In this document: positions 49,260 through 61,383 of the stretch, piece by piece
Layout: each line of letters begins with the position of its first letter
Numbering within the stretch: the stretch's first letter is position 1
Assembly (NCBI RefSeq): GCF_964194155.1
Contig: NC_135880.1
Location: 166,532,001-166,596,000 of the forward strand
Direction: 5' to 3'
Source: Cetorhinus maximus
Lineage: Eukaryota
Length of the DNA: 64,000 nt
The notes under the pieces: model-generated
What the model was told of the DNA's origin: nothing
Databases searched by the model: none
What the model saw: only the letters and a program-made list of their open reading frames with translations
Program-made: the position numbers and the translations under genes

Positions 49260-50010
49260 GAGGAGCTGAATATTATTTACATAGAGAAAGACTGCAGAAA
49301 ACTACAGCACAAATGGATTTGGGGGTCCTCGTGCATGAATCACAAAAAGCTAGCATACAAGTTTAGCAGGTAATAGGGAAGGCAAATGGAATGTTGGCTT
49401 TTATTTCAAAGGGAATGGAGTATAAAAATAGAGATGTCTTGCTAAAACTATACAAGACACTAGTTAGGCCACACCTAGAATACTGTGGACAGTTTTGGTC
49501 CCCTTATCTATGGAAAGATATACTGGCGTTGGGGGCAGTCCAGAGAAGGTTCACTAGGTTGAAGGGATTTTATGAGGAAAGGTTGAGTAGGTTGGGCCTG
49601 TACTCATTGGAGCCTAGAAGAATGAGAGGCAACCTTATTGAAACATATAAGATTCTCAGGGGGTTTGACAGGGTAGATGCTGGGAGGTTGTTTCTTCTTG
49701 TGGGAGAGTCTAGGACAAGAAGGCATAATCACAGAGTAACGGTTCACCCATTTAAGACAGAGATGAGGAGGAATTTCTTCTCTCAGAGGATAGTGAATCT
49801 GTGGAACTCTCTACCGCAGAGGGGTGTAGAGGCTGGGTCATTAAGTATAGTCAAGGCTGAGATAGACAGATTTTTAATCAGTAAGGGAATCAAGGGTTAT
49901 GGGGAAAAGGTAGGAAAGCAGGATAGCCATGATCTCATTGAATGACAAAGCAACACGATAGGCCGAATGGCCTACTTCTGCTCCTACGTTTTATTGTCTT
50001 ATGGTCTTCA
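49260..50010 (+). mobile_element. CR1 LINE 3' fragment nested in L2-type sequence
   Basis: ORF 49391..49945 carries CR1 C-terminal motifs; tail tcttatggtctt. Confidence 0.85.
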
Positions 50011-51421
50011 CACCTGCTTGATCAACCAAAATTTGACACCAAGCCACAAAAGGAAATATTAGGACAGGTTTGGTCAAAGAGTTGGGTTTAAGGAGTGTCC
50101 ACCTCACTTTCTCTCTTCTTCCTTTAAGACACTCCTTAAAACCTGCCTCTTTGATCAAACTTTTGGTCATTTGCCCTAATATCTCCTTATGTGGTTCAGT
50201 GTGAAATTATGTTTGATAATGCATCTGTGAGGTGTCTTGGGATATTTTACCACATTAAAGTAAATGCAAGTTACTGTTGGAGGGAGGATATAGAGTTTTC
50301 GGGTGGGATTTCCAGACCTTAGGGTCTAGGCAGCTGAAGGCGTGACCACCAATGGAGGAGCAATTAAAGTTGCAGATGCGGAGGTCAGAATTGGAGGAGT
50401 GCACCTATCTCAGAGGGTTTTAGGATTAAAGGAAGTTACAGAGATATGGCAGGGGGGTGGTGGGTGGTGGTAGGGGTGTGTGGGGGTGGTGGGGGGGGTG
50501 GGGGGGAGGTGGGGTGGGGCTGAGGCCATGGAAGGGTATGAAAACAAGGATGATCATTTTTAAATTGAGCAGTTGACAAACTAGGAGTCGATGTAGGCCA
50601 GTAAGCACAGGGGTGATGGGTGAATGGGACATGGTGGGAGCTTGGATATGGGAGGCAGAGTTTTTGCATGAGCTCAAGTTTATAGAAGGTATAACGTGGG
50701 AAGTCATCCAGGGGAACATTTCAATAGTCAAGATTTGAGGTACCAAATGTATTGCTGTTTGTGCCTTCGTCTATCAAAGCCCCCAACTCTGAAAATCCCT
50801 CCCCAAATGCCTCAGCCTGTCCACCCCCCCTTCCGTCCTTTAAGACCCTCCTAGCTCACCTCTTTTGGCTACACCTCCTAATGTCTACTTATTTGGCTTG
50901 AGTCACATTAGACCTCTGCAGCACCGTGGGATTTTTTTCTATATTAAAAGTACTATATAAATGCAAGTTGTTGTTTATAGTAAACATCAGGATTTTGTTG
51001 ATTCGTAGAAAATGTGATTTTTTTTATCAGCGTTAATTCAATGACAGATATACTAATGATATCAATTATGATTTCCATGCCGAACATGCAGGTATGGATT
51101 TTTTGTAGGATGTAACGTAATGTAGTGCAGGTGCTTCAAGTCTTCTTACATCCTTTTGTATAAAAGACTAACATTCTCTGTGGTGAAAAATTCTCTAGAG
51201 AGATAATATTTCCCTATTTCATAGCTCAACAATTTTCAAAGGTCAAATTTTATGACCTTAGCTACATTTTATGTAATCTTGATGAGTATCTGATTGACAA
51301 GGGAACAGGTTAATTGCATTACTTCAAACCAACATATTGATCAACAAAATGAACAAAGTGCCCTAGATTTGTATATGAAGTGAAAAGTGTGCAGTCTATA
51401 TGAGATCTTTCCTATATGAGG

Positions 51422-52065
51422 TCTGCTTCCAACAAATCATCCTTTTTGTAAAACTTATCCAAATATCTTTGATAGATGGGTCAATCCTTCTTCAGTATCC
51501 AAATCATCCATGTCCAATTCTGAAAATACTTTACACCTAAACTTATTATTGCTCAGAATGACAAAGCCAAAGTCATATTTTGTTTCTTTCGAGGTAACGA
51601 AGGAACTCGTGTCCACATCTCGACTTCATTTTTCCATTGCTGATATGGGACCACCTCTGAAAACAATAAATAAATTGGTGGATGGACAAAGCCTGAGGTT
51701 TTGCAATGTCCTCCCATCATTCTGTAACTGAGTTTGTTAACAGCAGTCTGCTTCTTTTTCACTCAGAAGCTAGGGACAAAAATCTTCTTTTCAGCAACCA
51801 ATCACCAAAGCATAATGGTCAATCTTTGCTGCCATATTAATTCCAATAACTGCATGCTGAGGAAGGAGGAGTCTGAAGCTAGCCTGTACCTTAAAACAGG
51901 TTAATTTCCAAGACAGTAAAGCAAAATCACAGACTCTCCCAGTTCCCCCCAGACACCCAGAGTGAACTGGTTAATATACCCCTTGCAATGATTCCCTGAT
52001 CTTTCCCCTATTGGGGATAGCTGTGCTTAATCACCAACTTAAAGCATGTATTCTACTGCAGCACA
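51422..52065 (-). mobile_element. Inverted partial copy (LTR + PBS + 5' gag) of the copia-like element at 53636-58400
   Basis: Reverse complement of about 53640-54210; mirrored ORFs 51553..51762- / 53871..54059+ and 51510..51731+ / 54027..54224-. Confidence 0.85.
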
Positions 52066-52559
52066 ATTTCAACATCATTATCTCTTCTCTTCCTCTCCCT
52101 CGCCAACATCAAACAGAAAAAGCTGCACAATTTATTGAAATAAGATAACCAAATTGTAGGGGAGAATGCTTATTTTTGATAATTACCTAAGAATTTTGTG
52201 TTTTTTCTCAACTGATTTTGAATCATTAAACAGAGTTATATATTCTTGACAGCACAGAAGGAGGCTTGAAGATTTTAGAAGAGACAATACAATGATAAGA
52301 GTAAACTTATGTGGAAGCAGAAATAGTAACTTAATTCACTAGCACAGGTAGAAGAACGAGGAAAAGGCAAGTTAATGGAAGAGGCTTGTCTCTCCCTATT
52401 CACTGAGAATAGTCATCTTAGTAAGTAGCGTGTGGCCAGAAAGAACCATGCTCTGGTGTTGAGAGACTGAAAGCTCAGTTGTCCAGTATATTTAAGGTTG
52501 ATATCGATAAATTTCTGCACCCTAGATGAATCACAAGACATGGTGATCAGGTGGGAAAC

Positions 52560-53225
52560 TGATCTTTTTTATTCTTTCATGGGATGTGAGTATCAGTGGC
52601 TTGTTCAGTATTTGCTGAACATCTCTAATTGCCCTTGAGAAGGTGATAGCGAACCATTTTATTGAACAACTGCAGTCCATGTGGTGTAGGTGTTGATACT
52701 GGGGGATTCAGTGATGGTAATGCCATTGAATGTCAAGGGATGATGGTTATATTCTCTCTTGTTGGAGATGGTCATTTCCTGGCACTTGTCTGGTGTGAAT
52801 GTTACATGCCACTTGTCAGCCCAAGCCTGGATATTGTTCAGGTCTTGCTGCATTTGGACATGGACAGTATCTGAGGAGTTGCGAATAATGCTGAACATTT
52901 TGCAATCTTCAGCCAACATCCTCACTTCTGACCTTATGGTGGAAGGAAGGGCATTAATGAAACAGCTGAAGATGGTTGGGCCGAGGACACTACCCTGAGG
53001 AACTCCTGCAGTGATGTCCTGGAACTGAGATGATTGACCTCCAACCGCCACAAACATCTTCAATTGTGACTCCAAACAGTGGAGAGATTTCCCACTGATT
53101 CCCATTGACTTCAGTTTTTTTAGGGCTCCTTGATGCCACACTCGGTCAAATGCTGCCTTGACGTCAGGGGCAGTCACTCTCACCTCACCTCGGGAGTTCA
53201 GCTCATTTGTCCATGTTTGAACCAA
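52560..53225 (-). mobile_element. Zenon-like LINE RT fragment joined to its 3' tail
   Basis: ORF 52659..53225- DVKAAFDRVWHQGAL, GVPQGSVLGP, QQDLNNIQAWADKW. Confidence 0.85.
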
Positions 53226-53635
53226 GTATTGAGACCAGTTAACCTGTTTCTGCTCTGGCGGATTCCACCAAGAACGTTGGTCAAGGCACCAGGATAATCT
53301 GCTCTGCTCTTATCTGAAAAGAAATATAGATTGCGAGCTAAACAAAATTATCAATTTATTTAAAACTGAAGCTTTGATTGCCAGCTTAACTCAAGGTGAC
53401 AAATGAAACAGAATTATATTGCATTTGAATCCTTCCAGCATCAATCTTCAGAAAGTGTAGTCAGAACAATCCCTGTAGATAGTTTTCATTCTTACAAAAT
53501 GTTGCTGAGAATATCAAACTGCAGGTGAGAGTGAATACATATAGACTTGGAAAACTCAATGAGATTTGATTTGTGCTCGGTGGCCTCAATGTTTATGTTA
53601 TGCCACAAGAGGGCAGCCTTCCACAACTTTGGGCT

Positions 53636-56600
53636 GAATTGGGGAAGGATTAGGGAATCGTTGCAAGGGGTATATTAACCAGATCACTCCGGGTGTCAGT
53701 CTGTGATTTTGCTTTACTGTCTTGGAAATAAACCTGTTTTAAGGTACAGGCTAGCTTCAGACTCCTCCTTCCTCAGCATGCAATTATTGGAATTAATATG
53801 GCAGCAAAGAATGACCATTAAGCTTTGGTGAATGGTTGCTGAAAAGAAGATTTTTGTCCCTAGCTTCTGAGTGAAAAAGAAGCAGACTGCTGTTAACAAA
53901 CTCAGTTACAGAATGACGGGAGGACATTGCAAAACCTCAGGCTTTGTCCATCCACCAATTTATTTATTGTTTTCAGAGGTGGTCCCATATCAGCAATGGA
54001 AAATGAAGTCGAGATGTGAACACGAGTTACTTCGTTACCTCAAAAGAAACAAAATATGACTTTGGCTTTGTCATTCTGAGCAATAGTAAGTTTAGGTGTA
54101 AAGTATTTTCAGAATTGGACATGGATGATTTGGATACTGAAGAGGGATTGACCCGTCTATCAAAGATATTTGGATAAGTTTTACAATAAGGATGATTTGT
54201 TGGAAGCAGATGAAGCATGGTCATCTTTGATAGATTTAAGAAAAAAGATGATCAGTCCATGGCGAAGTACATTATGCACTTTGATAAATGGTATAAGAGA
54301 CTGAAAGTATAACCTTGAAATCCTAGAGTCTGTATTGGCATTTAAGTTACTTGATTGTGCACTTGTTTCTCATGTTGATAGACTTTTGGTATTGACAGGG
54401 GTTCAATTGCATGGGCAAGACTCTCCTAAACCAATTGGCTGCTTCCCTAAAATAATTTTTGGTTAACAGTCATTTCCAGCTACTTTCCTATCAAATACAG
54501 GAAACTCTGTGGTAAAGCAAAGGATGGAGGATTCCATGATTGGTGAATTTCGAGATTACCAAAATATTAAAGGCAGACTTCAGTACAAGGATTGGCTTGC
54601 TGATAGGCGGTCTGAAGATGGTCGCACTTTTAGCCCATTTGAGAGTCGAGACAAAAAGCCAGTCTGGGATGGTGACCGTAGGTGCTTGAGTCCGAGCAAT
54701 ATAGAGGGAATAGTTAATCGATTCTGAGTATCATTATGCTATAAACTGCCCGCAGCAAAATCTTTTCTTCTTTAATAAGGCATGAAACAGATAGCGGTTG
54801 CACTTTCACAGTGTTTGGAATGGATTGGCTTGACTGTTACCTGGAGTCTCTCAATGAGGCAGATCAGTGGAAGGTTAAGGAGTGTGGAAGCTCCACCTGC
54901 TTTAGGTCTGGGAATGATGACACCTTTTCAAAGGCAGTCCTCCCTTGTAAGATAGCTGGGATTAGTCTCTTCTCCAGTACTGACGTGGTCTCTAATGTAA
55001 TATTTCTATTATTGAGCGCATCTTCGATTGGGCAAAAAGCACAGATGAAGCTAGGCGTGGAGAATGATGGAGCCATTTATGTTCAGGAAAACTGTGGATC
55101 CACATTTTACTCGGTCAGGCCAATACTGGCAGTCATTAGGAAAGCCAGATACTTCCCATCAGAGTTCAAGCAGTCTTGTTAACTCCTGGGGATAAACGTT
55201 TGGTGAATATAAAGATTATTTGGACGTTGCATAAATAATTTGCACATCCAATGCCATAAAAACTGAAAGCTCTACTGTGGGATTCTGGAGTGGTTGATTA
55301 AGAATATGACAAAATTATTGAGCTAGCCATGGCTCATTGTGACTTTATTAAAGATCAAAAGATGTCACCACACTCTGTTGTGATCCTGCCACTGGACAGG
55401 GCATTTAATGATGTAGTGGCAATGTACTTAAGACCATAAGACCATAAGACATAGGAGCAGAAATTAGGCCATTCGGCCCATCGAGTCTGCTCCACCATTC
55501 AATCATGGCTGATAAGTTTCTCAACCCCATTCTCCCACCCTCTCCCCGTTACCTTTGATCCCCTTACCAATAAAGAACCTATCTATCTCGGTCTTAAATA
55601 CACTCAATGACCTGGCCTCCACAGCCTTCTGTGGCAATGAATTACACAGATTCACCTCTCTCTGGCTAAAGAAGTTTCTCCTCAACTCCGTTCCAAAAGG
55701 CCTTCCCTTTACCCTGAGGCTGTGCCCTCGGGTCCTAGTCTCTCCTACTAATGGAAACATCTTCCCCATGTCCACTCTATCCAGGCCTTACACTATTCTG
55801 TAAGTTTCAATCAGATCCCCCCTCATCCTTCTAAACTCCATCGAGTATAGACCCAGAGTCCTCAAACGTTCCTCATATGTTAAGCCTTTCATTCCTGGGA
55901 TCGTTCTCGTGAACCTCCTCTGGACCCTCCCCTTCCTGAGATACGGGGCCCAAAATTGCTCACAATATTCTAAATCTGACCAGTGCCTTATAAAGCCTCA
56001 GCAGCACTTTTATACTCTAGTCCTCTCGAAATAAATGCCAACATTGCATTTGCCTTCTTAACTACCGACTCAACCTGCAAGTTAACCTTAAGACAATCCT
56101 GGACTAGGACTCCCAAGTCCCTTTGCACTCCAGATTTCTGAATTCTTTCCCAATTTAGAAAATAGTCTATGCCTCTATTCTTTCTACCAATATGCATGAC
56201 CTCACACTTCCCCATGTTGTATTCCATCTGTCACTTCTTTGCCCATTCTCCTAACCTGTCTAAATCCTTCTGCAGCCTCCCCGCCTCCTCAATACTACCT
56301 GTCCATCCACCTATCTTTGTATCATCTGCAAACTTAGCCAGGATGCCCTCAGTTCCTTCATCTAGCTCATTAATGTATAAAGTGAAAAGTTGTGGTCCCA
56401 ACACTGACCCCTGCGGAACTCCACTTGTCACCGGCCGCCATCCTGAGAAGGACCCCCTTATCCCCACTCTCTGCCTCCTGCCAGACAGCCAATCTTCTAT
56501 CCATGCTAGTACCTTGCCTCTAACACCATGGGCTCTTATCTTACTGAGCAGCCTCCTGTGCGGCACCTTGTTAAAGGCCTTCTGGAAGTCCAATTGGATA

Positions 56601-58400
56601 ACATCCATTGGCTCTCCTTTGTCTAACCTACTCGTTATGTCCTCAAAGAATTCTAACAGATTTGTCAGGCATGATCTCCCCTTGATGAAACCATGCTGAC
56701 TTTGCCCTATTTTATCATGCACTTCCAAGTATTCTGAAATCTCATCCTTAATAATGGACTCTAAAATCTTACCAACGACGGAGGTCAAGCTAATCGGCCT
56801 GTAATTTCCCGTCTTTTGCCTCACTACCTTCTTAAACAGGGGGGTTACATTTATGATTTTCCCGTCCTCTGGGACCATCCCTGACTCCAGTGATTCCTGA
56901 AGGATCACCACTAACGCCTCCACTATCTCTTCAGCTATCTCCTTCAGATCTCTGGGGTGTAATCCATCTGGTCCAGGTGATTTATCCACCTTCAGACCTT
57001 TCAGTTTTCCTAGCACCTTCTCCTTGGTAATGGCCACCATACTCACCTCTGCCCTCTGACTCTCTTGAACTTTGGGGATGCTACTCATGACTTCCACCGT
57101 GAAGACTGACACAAAGTACCTAATCAGTTCCTCTGCCATTTCGTTGTTCCCCACTACTACTTCTCCAGCGTCATTTTCCAACGGCCCAATGCCCACTTTT
57201 GCCTCTCTCTTACCCTTTATATATCTAAAAAAACTCTTGCAATCTTCTTTTATATCACTGGCTAGTTTACCCTCATATTTAATCTTCTCCCTCCTTATTT
57301 CTTTTTTAGTTGTCCTCTGTTGGTCTTTGTAGGCCTCCCAATCCCCTGGTTTCCCACTGCTCTTCGCCGCATTGTATGCTTTCTCTTTATCTTTTATGCT
57401 GTCCCTGACTTCCCTTGTCAGCCATGGTTGCCTTGTCCTCCCTTTAGTATGCTTCTTCTTCCTCGGGATGAATTTTTGCTGTGTCTCCCAAATTACTCCC
57501 AGAAACTCCTGCCATTGCTATTCCACTGTATTTCCTGCTAGGCTCATCTCCCAGTCAATTCTGGCCAGCTCCTCCCTCATGCCTCTGTAGTTGCCTTTAT
57601 TCAACTGTAATACCGTTACATCTGATTCCAGCTTTTTCCTCTCAAATTGCAGGGTAAATTCTATCATATTATGGTCACTTCCTCCTAAGGGTTCCTTCGC
57701 CTTAAGCTCCCTTATCAAATCTGCCTCATTACACATCACTAAATCTTATGACTTATGAGACAAGCATTGGGTTTTTTCCTCCACTTTGTAGATATGTTGA
57801 CTACATTTAGCCTATCTATGGTATTAATGGTAAGGACAGACACACCATTTTTAAGTTCATGCGGAAATGGGTATGTACTGGATTAGAAACACTAATGAAA
57901 TCCCTGATGGATAACGGGATGTGAAAATTTGAATATCATAGTCTTGCAGAATGCAGCTGTGAACCTATTCAGCAATGGTTTATGCGAGTGCAGTGATAGA
58001 GGTCATGATGCATAAGATACTGGCCGAACAACCTGATTGCAAGTTGCAAACAACGTTTGCATGGGCAGTTATTGTTTACAAATGGTTGGGTGGGTATAGC
58101 CCACATCAGTTTGTGTACAGAAGAAATCTGAAGTTGCCTTCAGTGCTATCTGATGCTGCCCCTGCTCTTGAAGCTGTTTTTTCTGCCCACTTGAATCCTT
58201 TGCAAGCAGGCAGGAAAGCTTTCATTGAGGTGGGGTATTTTGTTCAGAAGTCAGCTGTCCAAAGTTGATTCCCAGGTATCGTATCATCCAGAAGGATCGG
58301 ATAACTGGAGAGATGCAACAAGGTGGATGGGAAGCAAGATTTACTGGAAAATATAAGAATCACCTGAATTTCCAGGATGATGGACAAACAGTGAAAGCCA
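53636..58400 (+). mobile_element. Decayed Ty1/copia (GalEa-like) LTR retrotransposon, interrupted by a CR1
   Basis: LTR with AATAAA ends at about 53798, followed by PBS-like TGGCAGCAAAG. Then gag remnant (YQQWKNEVEMW), protease DSGCTFTVFG (about 54790), LHK.FAHP zinc finger (about 55230) and integrase FNDVVAM...DNG...PFSNG. Integrase directly follows protease, which is the copia order. Confidence 0.7.
55428..57744 (-). mobile_element. Young 5'-truncated CR1 LINE, same subfamily as 6830-10149
   Basis: ORF 56231..57196- RT is nearly identical to 7557..9469+; tail (taagacca)n on +. It splits the copia integrase. Confidence 0.95.
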
Positions 58401-58406
58401 TGGAAT

Positions 58407-58508
58407 TAAAAACAAAAAATGCTGAAAATCTCAGCAGCTCTGACAGCATCTGTGGAGAAGGAAACAGCGTTAACGTTTCGAGTCCGAATGACTCTTCTTC
58501 AGAGCTCT
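58407..58508 (-). mobile_element. Penelope-like end fragment with an intact hammerhead core
   Basis: Minus strand CTGAAGA-A-GAGTC-ATTCG-GACTC-GAAA-CGTT; stem I has mismatches. Confidence 0.7.
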
Positions 58509-58994
58509 TGTTTTAAAAAGTAAATATATTCCGTCTGAAAAAGTTGTCCATGGTGGGGGAGGGGAGAATTTTAAACAAACCTTTGTTGCAACCGACCAAG
58601 GGAGTTGGGGAAAAAAGGGGAGCCAGCTCATTCCTCCTCACCCTGTCCTAACAAAATATAGGATCTCATTTACACTTGTCATAAATTATAATTTAAGCTC
58701 TAACTACAAAAGGAAAGAATTTTTGGAGCTGAATATTTTCATGAATCAACTGTGCTGTGAATGTGCACACAGTGATACATTAAACAATGATTGTCGAATG
58801 TGTGCATTCCTGTAGAATAATGCAGCTGTTGCGATCATTAAGTTCCTATAAGATTTGCTGGTGGTGCGCAGATTTAGAAATTACCATCACATAATATCTT
58901 GAAGAAACCACCTTTAATGAAGGAAGGATTGTGTTGCATGTTGTTGGATCCTAGTCACTGGTTAGGTTGGACTTACAAACACAGGTTATATGCT

Positions 58995-59254
58995 TGTTTC
59001 GGGATGGCCGAGTAGGCACCATAGACAGAGTAAATCAGGAGACGGTTCTTAGACAGAGCTCGTTCTATTTATTTACAAACGAATTCAGCAACTACACTTG
59101 TGCACTTACAATTCAAACCCTGTCTCTACATTACAGACTCTAACTCCAGACTACTGACTATTGAGGTAGCCCGCACTACTCTGCTATTGGATACTAAGAT
59201 CTCTCTCCATTATAACGTTCTTCTTAAAGGTATATTACACATCAGATTACCACA
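58995..59254 (-). mobile_element. Probable solo LTR
   Basis: Minus strand TGTGGTAAT...AATAAA...AACA with TG/CA termini; no convincing TSD. Confidence 0.5.
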
Positions 59255-59825
59255 CATGTGATCTGGCATTTACAGCAATGCATAGAAGCCAGCTTGATCT
59301 GCCATATGTTATACTTCTTAGTCTTAGGTTAATTATATGAAGTAAAGCTCAGGGACATTTTGGTATTTCTTTTTAACAAAGAAACAAAATTATCAATTAA
59401 TTTACGTACATTAATTTGGTAGGAGTTCAAGCCAAACCATCTTTGAGTTTAATCTGCCAATCTGGCCCAACACCAGCTTCTCATGGACAATCAGGGATGG
59501 GCAAAAAATGCCAATCTTGTCAGCAATGCCCACATCCAAAGAATATTTTTTCCAAAATTGTGCAAACTCTCCTTAGTGCCCTGTAGAAAAGCATTCTTCA
59601 GTGAGTCATGAAGTACAAGAAAACTGTAACTATAAAAGCACCAGCATCTGAACTTTTTCCATTTGCCTGTAGTAAAATAAGCATTCCTTTGAGGATTTAT
59701 TCTATGCTAAGTAGTATGCATTTGTAGGATAAATAAATTTGGTTCACACTTACATGGAGAGCAAGGAAATTTTATGACAATATTGATTTAGAGCTTGAAT
59801 TACAAAATAACTCCCCATTCTCAGT

Positions 59826-60525
59826 GGGTAGAATTTCTGGTCGACGAGAGCAGCCAGGGAATGGGCTGCCACCTGCGATCGGTCCCGACGGTGATTTCAC
59901 GCTGACTGGCCAATTAACGGCTAGCCCGTGCGAAAGGCTCAGTGCTGAAAGGCTCAGTGCTGCCGCGGTGGGGGGCAGGATGAGGGTGAGCCCTGAAGTC
60001 AGCATGGGAGAGCGCAGAAGGAAAGCTACCTGGAAGCAGAGAGCTGACAGATTTAAAATCAATGAAGACAATTTAAAATCTGGAAAAAATATCCATGCTT
60101 CAAAATGAATCACCTGTGTGTGCATGTTATAAAAATTTTATGCGTAGATTTATTTTTTTATTTAATTACAGAAACCTCATTCCACCCCCCCCGCCCCCCC
60201 CCCCCCTCCTCCCCCCCCGCCCTCCCCCCCCGCCCTCCCCCCCCACCCTCCCACTTGGATGAGGTTTTTTGAAAAATGCAAAGGCCGACTGGCCGATTCA
60301 CCTGCCAGCCAACTGTAAGGTTGGACGAGCAGCGCAACATCCATGTAATTGATACTTTAATGGCCTTAATATGTCTCTTAATTGTCGGCGGGAGCCCTGC
60401 CGACTCCTGCACACGGTCACTGACCAAAATATTACGCGAATGTGCAATGACATCGGGACCTTCGACCCTCAGGACCGCCGCTATTTCACAACGAGTGTCA
60501 CACACCAAGCGGAAAATACTGTCCC
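59826..60525. mobile_element. Harbinger-like MITE with a central poly-C tract (about 60185-60250)
   Basis: Termini GGGTAGAATTTC / GAAAATACTGTCCC; internal inverted motifs (gctgactggccaattaacggc vs ggccgattcacctgccagc). Confidence 0.55.
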
Positions 60526-60569
60526 TGGTGTTTCTTATTTTTTACAGACTCTTCAGTTCTCTTCTCCAG

Positions 60570-61383
60570 AGGGAGGTGGTGCTATTGCCACTTGACTAGT
60601 AATCCAGAGACACAAGGTAATTCTCTGGGAACCCAGGTTCAAATCCTACCACAGGAGATGGTGAAATTGGAATTCGATCAACAAAAATCAGGAATGAAAA
60701 GACCAGGAATGACCTTGGGCAGAATTTTACTACCCTGGAAAATGTGGTGAGCTGTTCAAAAACCCATTGACTTCAGCGGGACCGAATAATGCAGCTGGTG
60801 GGAGGGGCCCAAACATTCTGCCCATGAAACCACTGTTGATTGTCATTTTTTTTTTAACAAAAGCATCTGGTTTACTCATGTCCTTCAGGGAAAAAAAATC
60901 TGCAGCCCTTACCTGCTCTGGCTGACATGTGACTCCTAGCCCACAGCAATTCCCTCTGAAATGGCCTAGCAAGCCCCTCAGTTGTATCAAATGACTGGAA
61001 AGACTATAAGGAATGAATCTGGATGGATCACCTGGCATCGACTTCAGCACAGGAAAAGACAACAGCCCTGTTGACCCTGCAAAGTCCTCCTTACTTGTTT
61101 CGTGGGGATAGTGGCAAAATTGGGTGAGCTGTCCCATTGACTAGTCAAGCAACAACCTGACCGAGCCATACTCATGGAAACATACCATGCAGATAATGCC
61201 CCAGGCATCACCATCACAATTCCTGGGTATGTCCGTTCCCTCTGGCAGGGCAGACCCAGCAGAGGTGGTGGCACAGGTATACAGTTGGGAGAGAGTTGCC
61301 TGGGAGCCCTCAACATTGACTCCAGACCCCAGGAAGCCTCATGGCATTAGGTCGAACGTAGGCAAGGAAACCTCTTGCTGATT
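60570..61383 (+). mobile_element. 5' end of a LINE: tRNA-SINE-like head continuing into an APE endonuclease ORF remnant; 106-bp MITE inserted at about 60717-60823
   Basis: Head and body match the 46007 SINE up to cctcagtt, then continue into ...WG.VAKLGELSH.LVKQQPD..ILMETY...RQGRPSRGGGT. MITE termini GGGCAGAAT / ATTCTGCCC. Confidence 0.7.
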
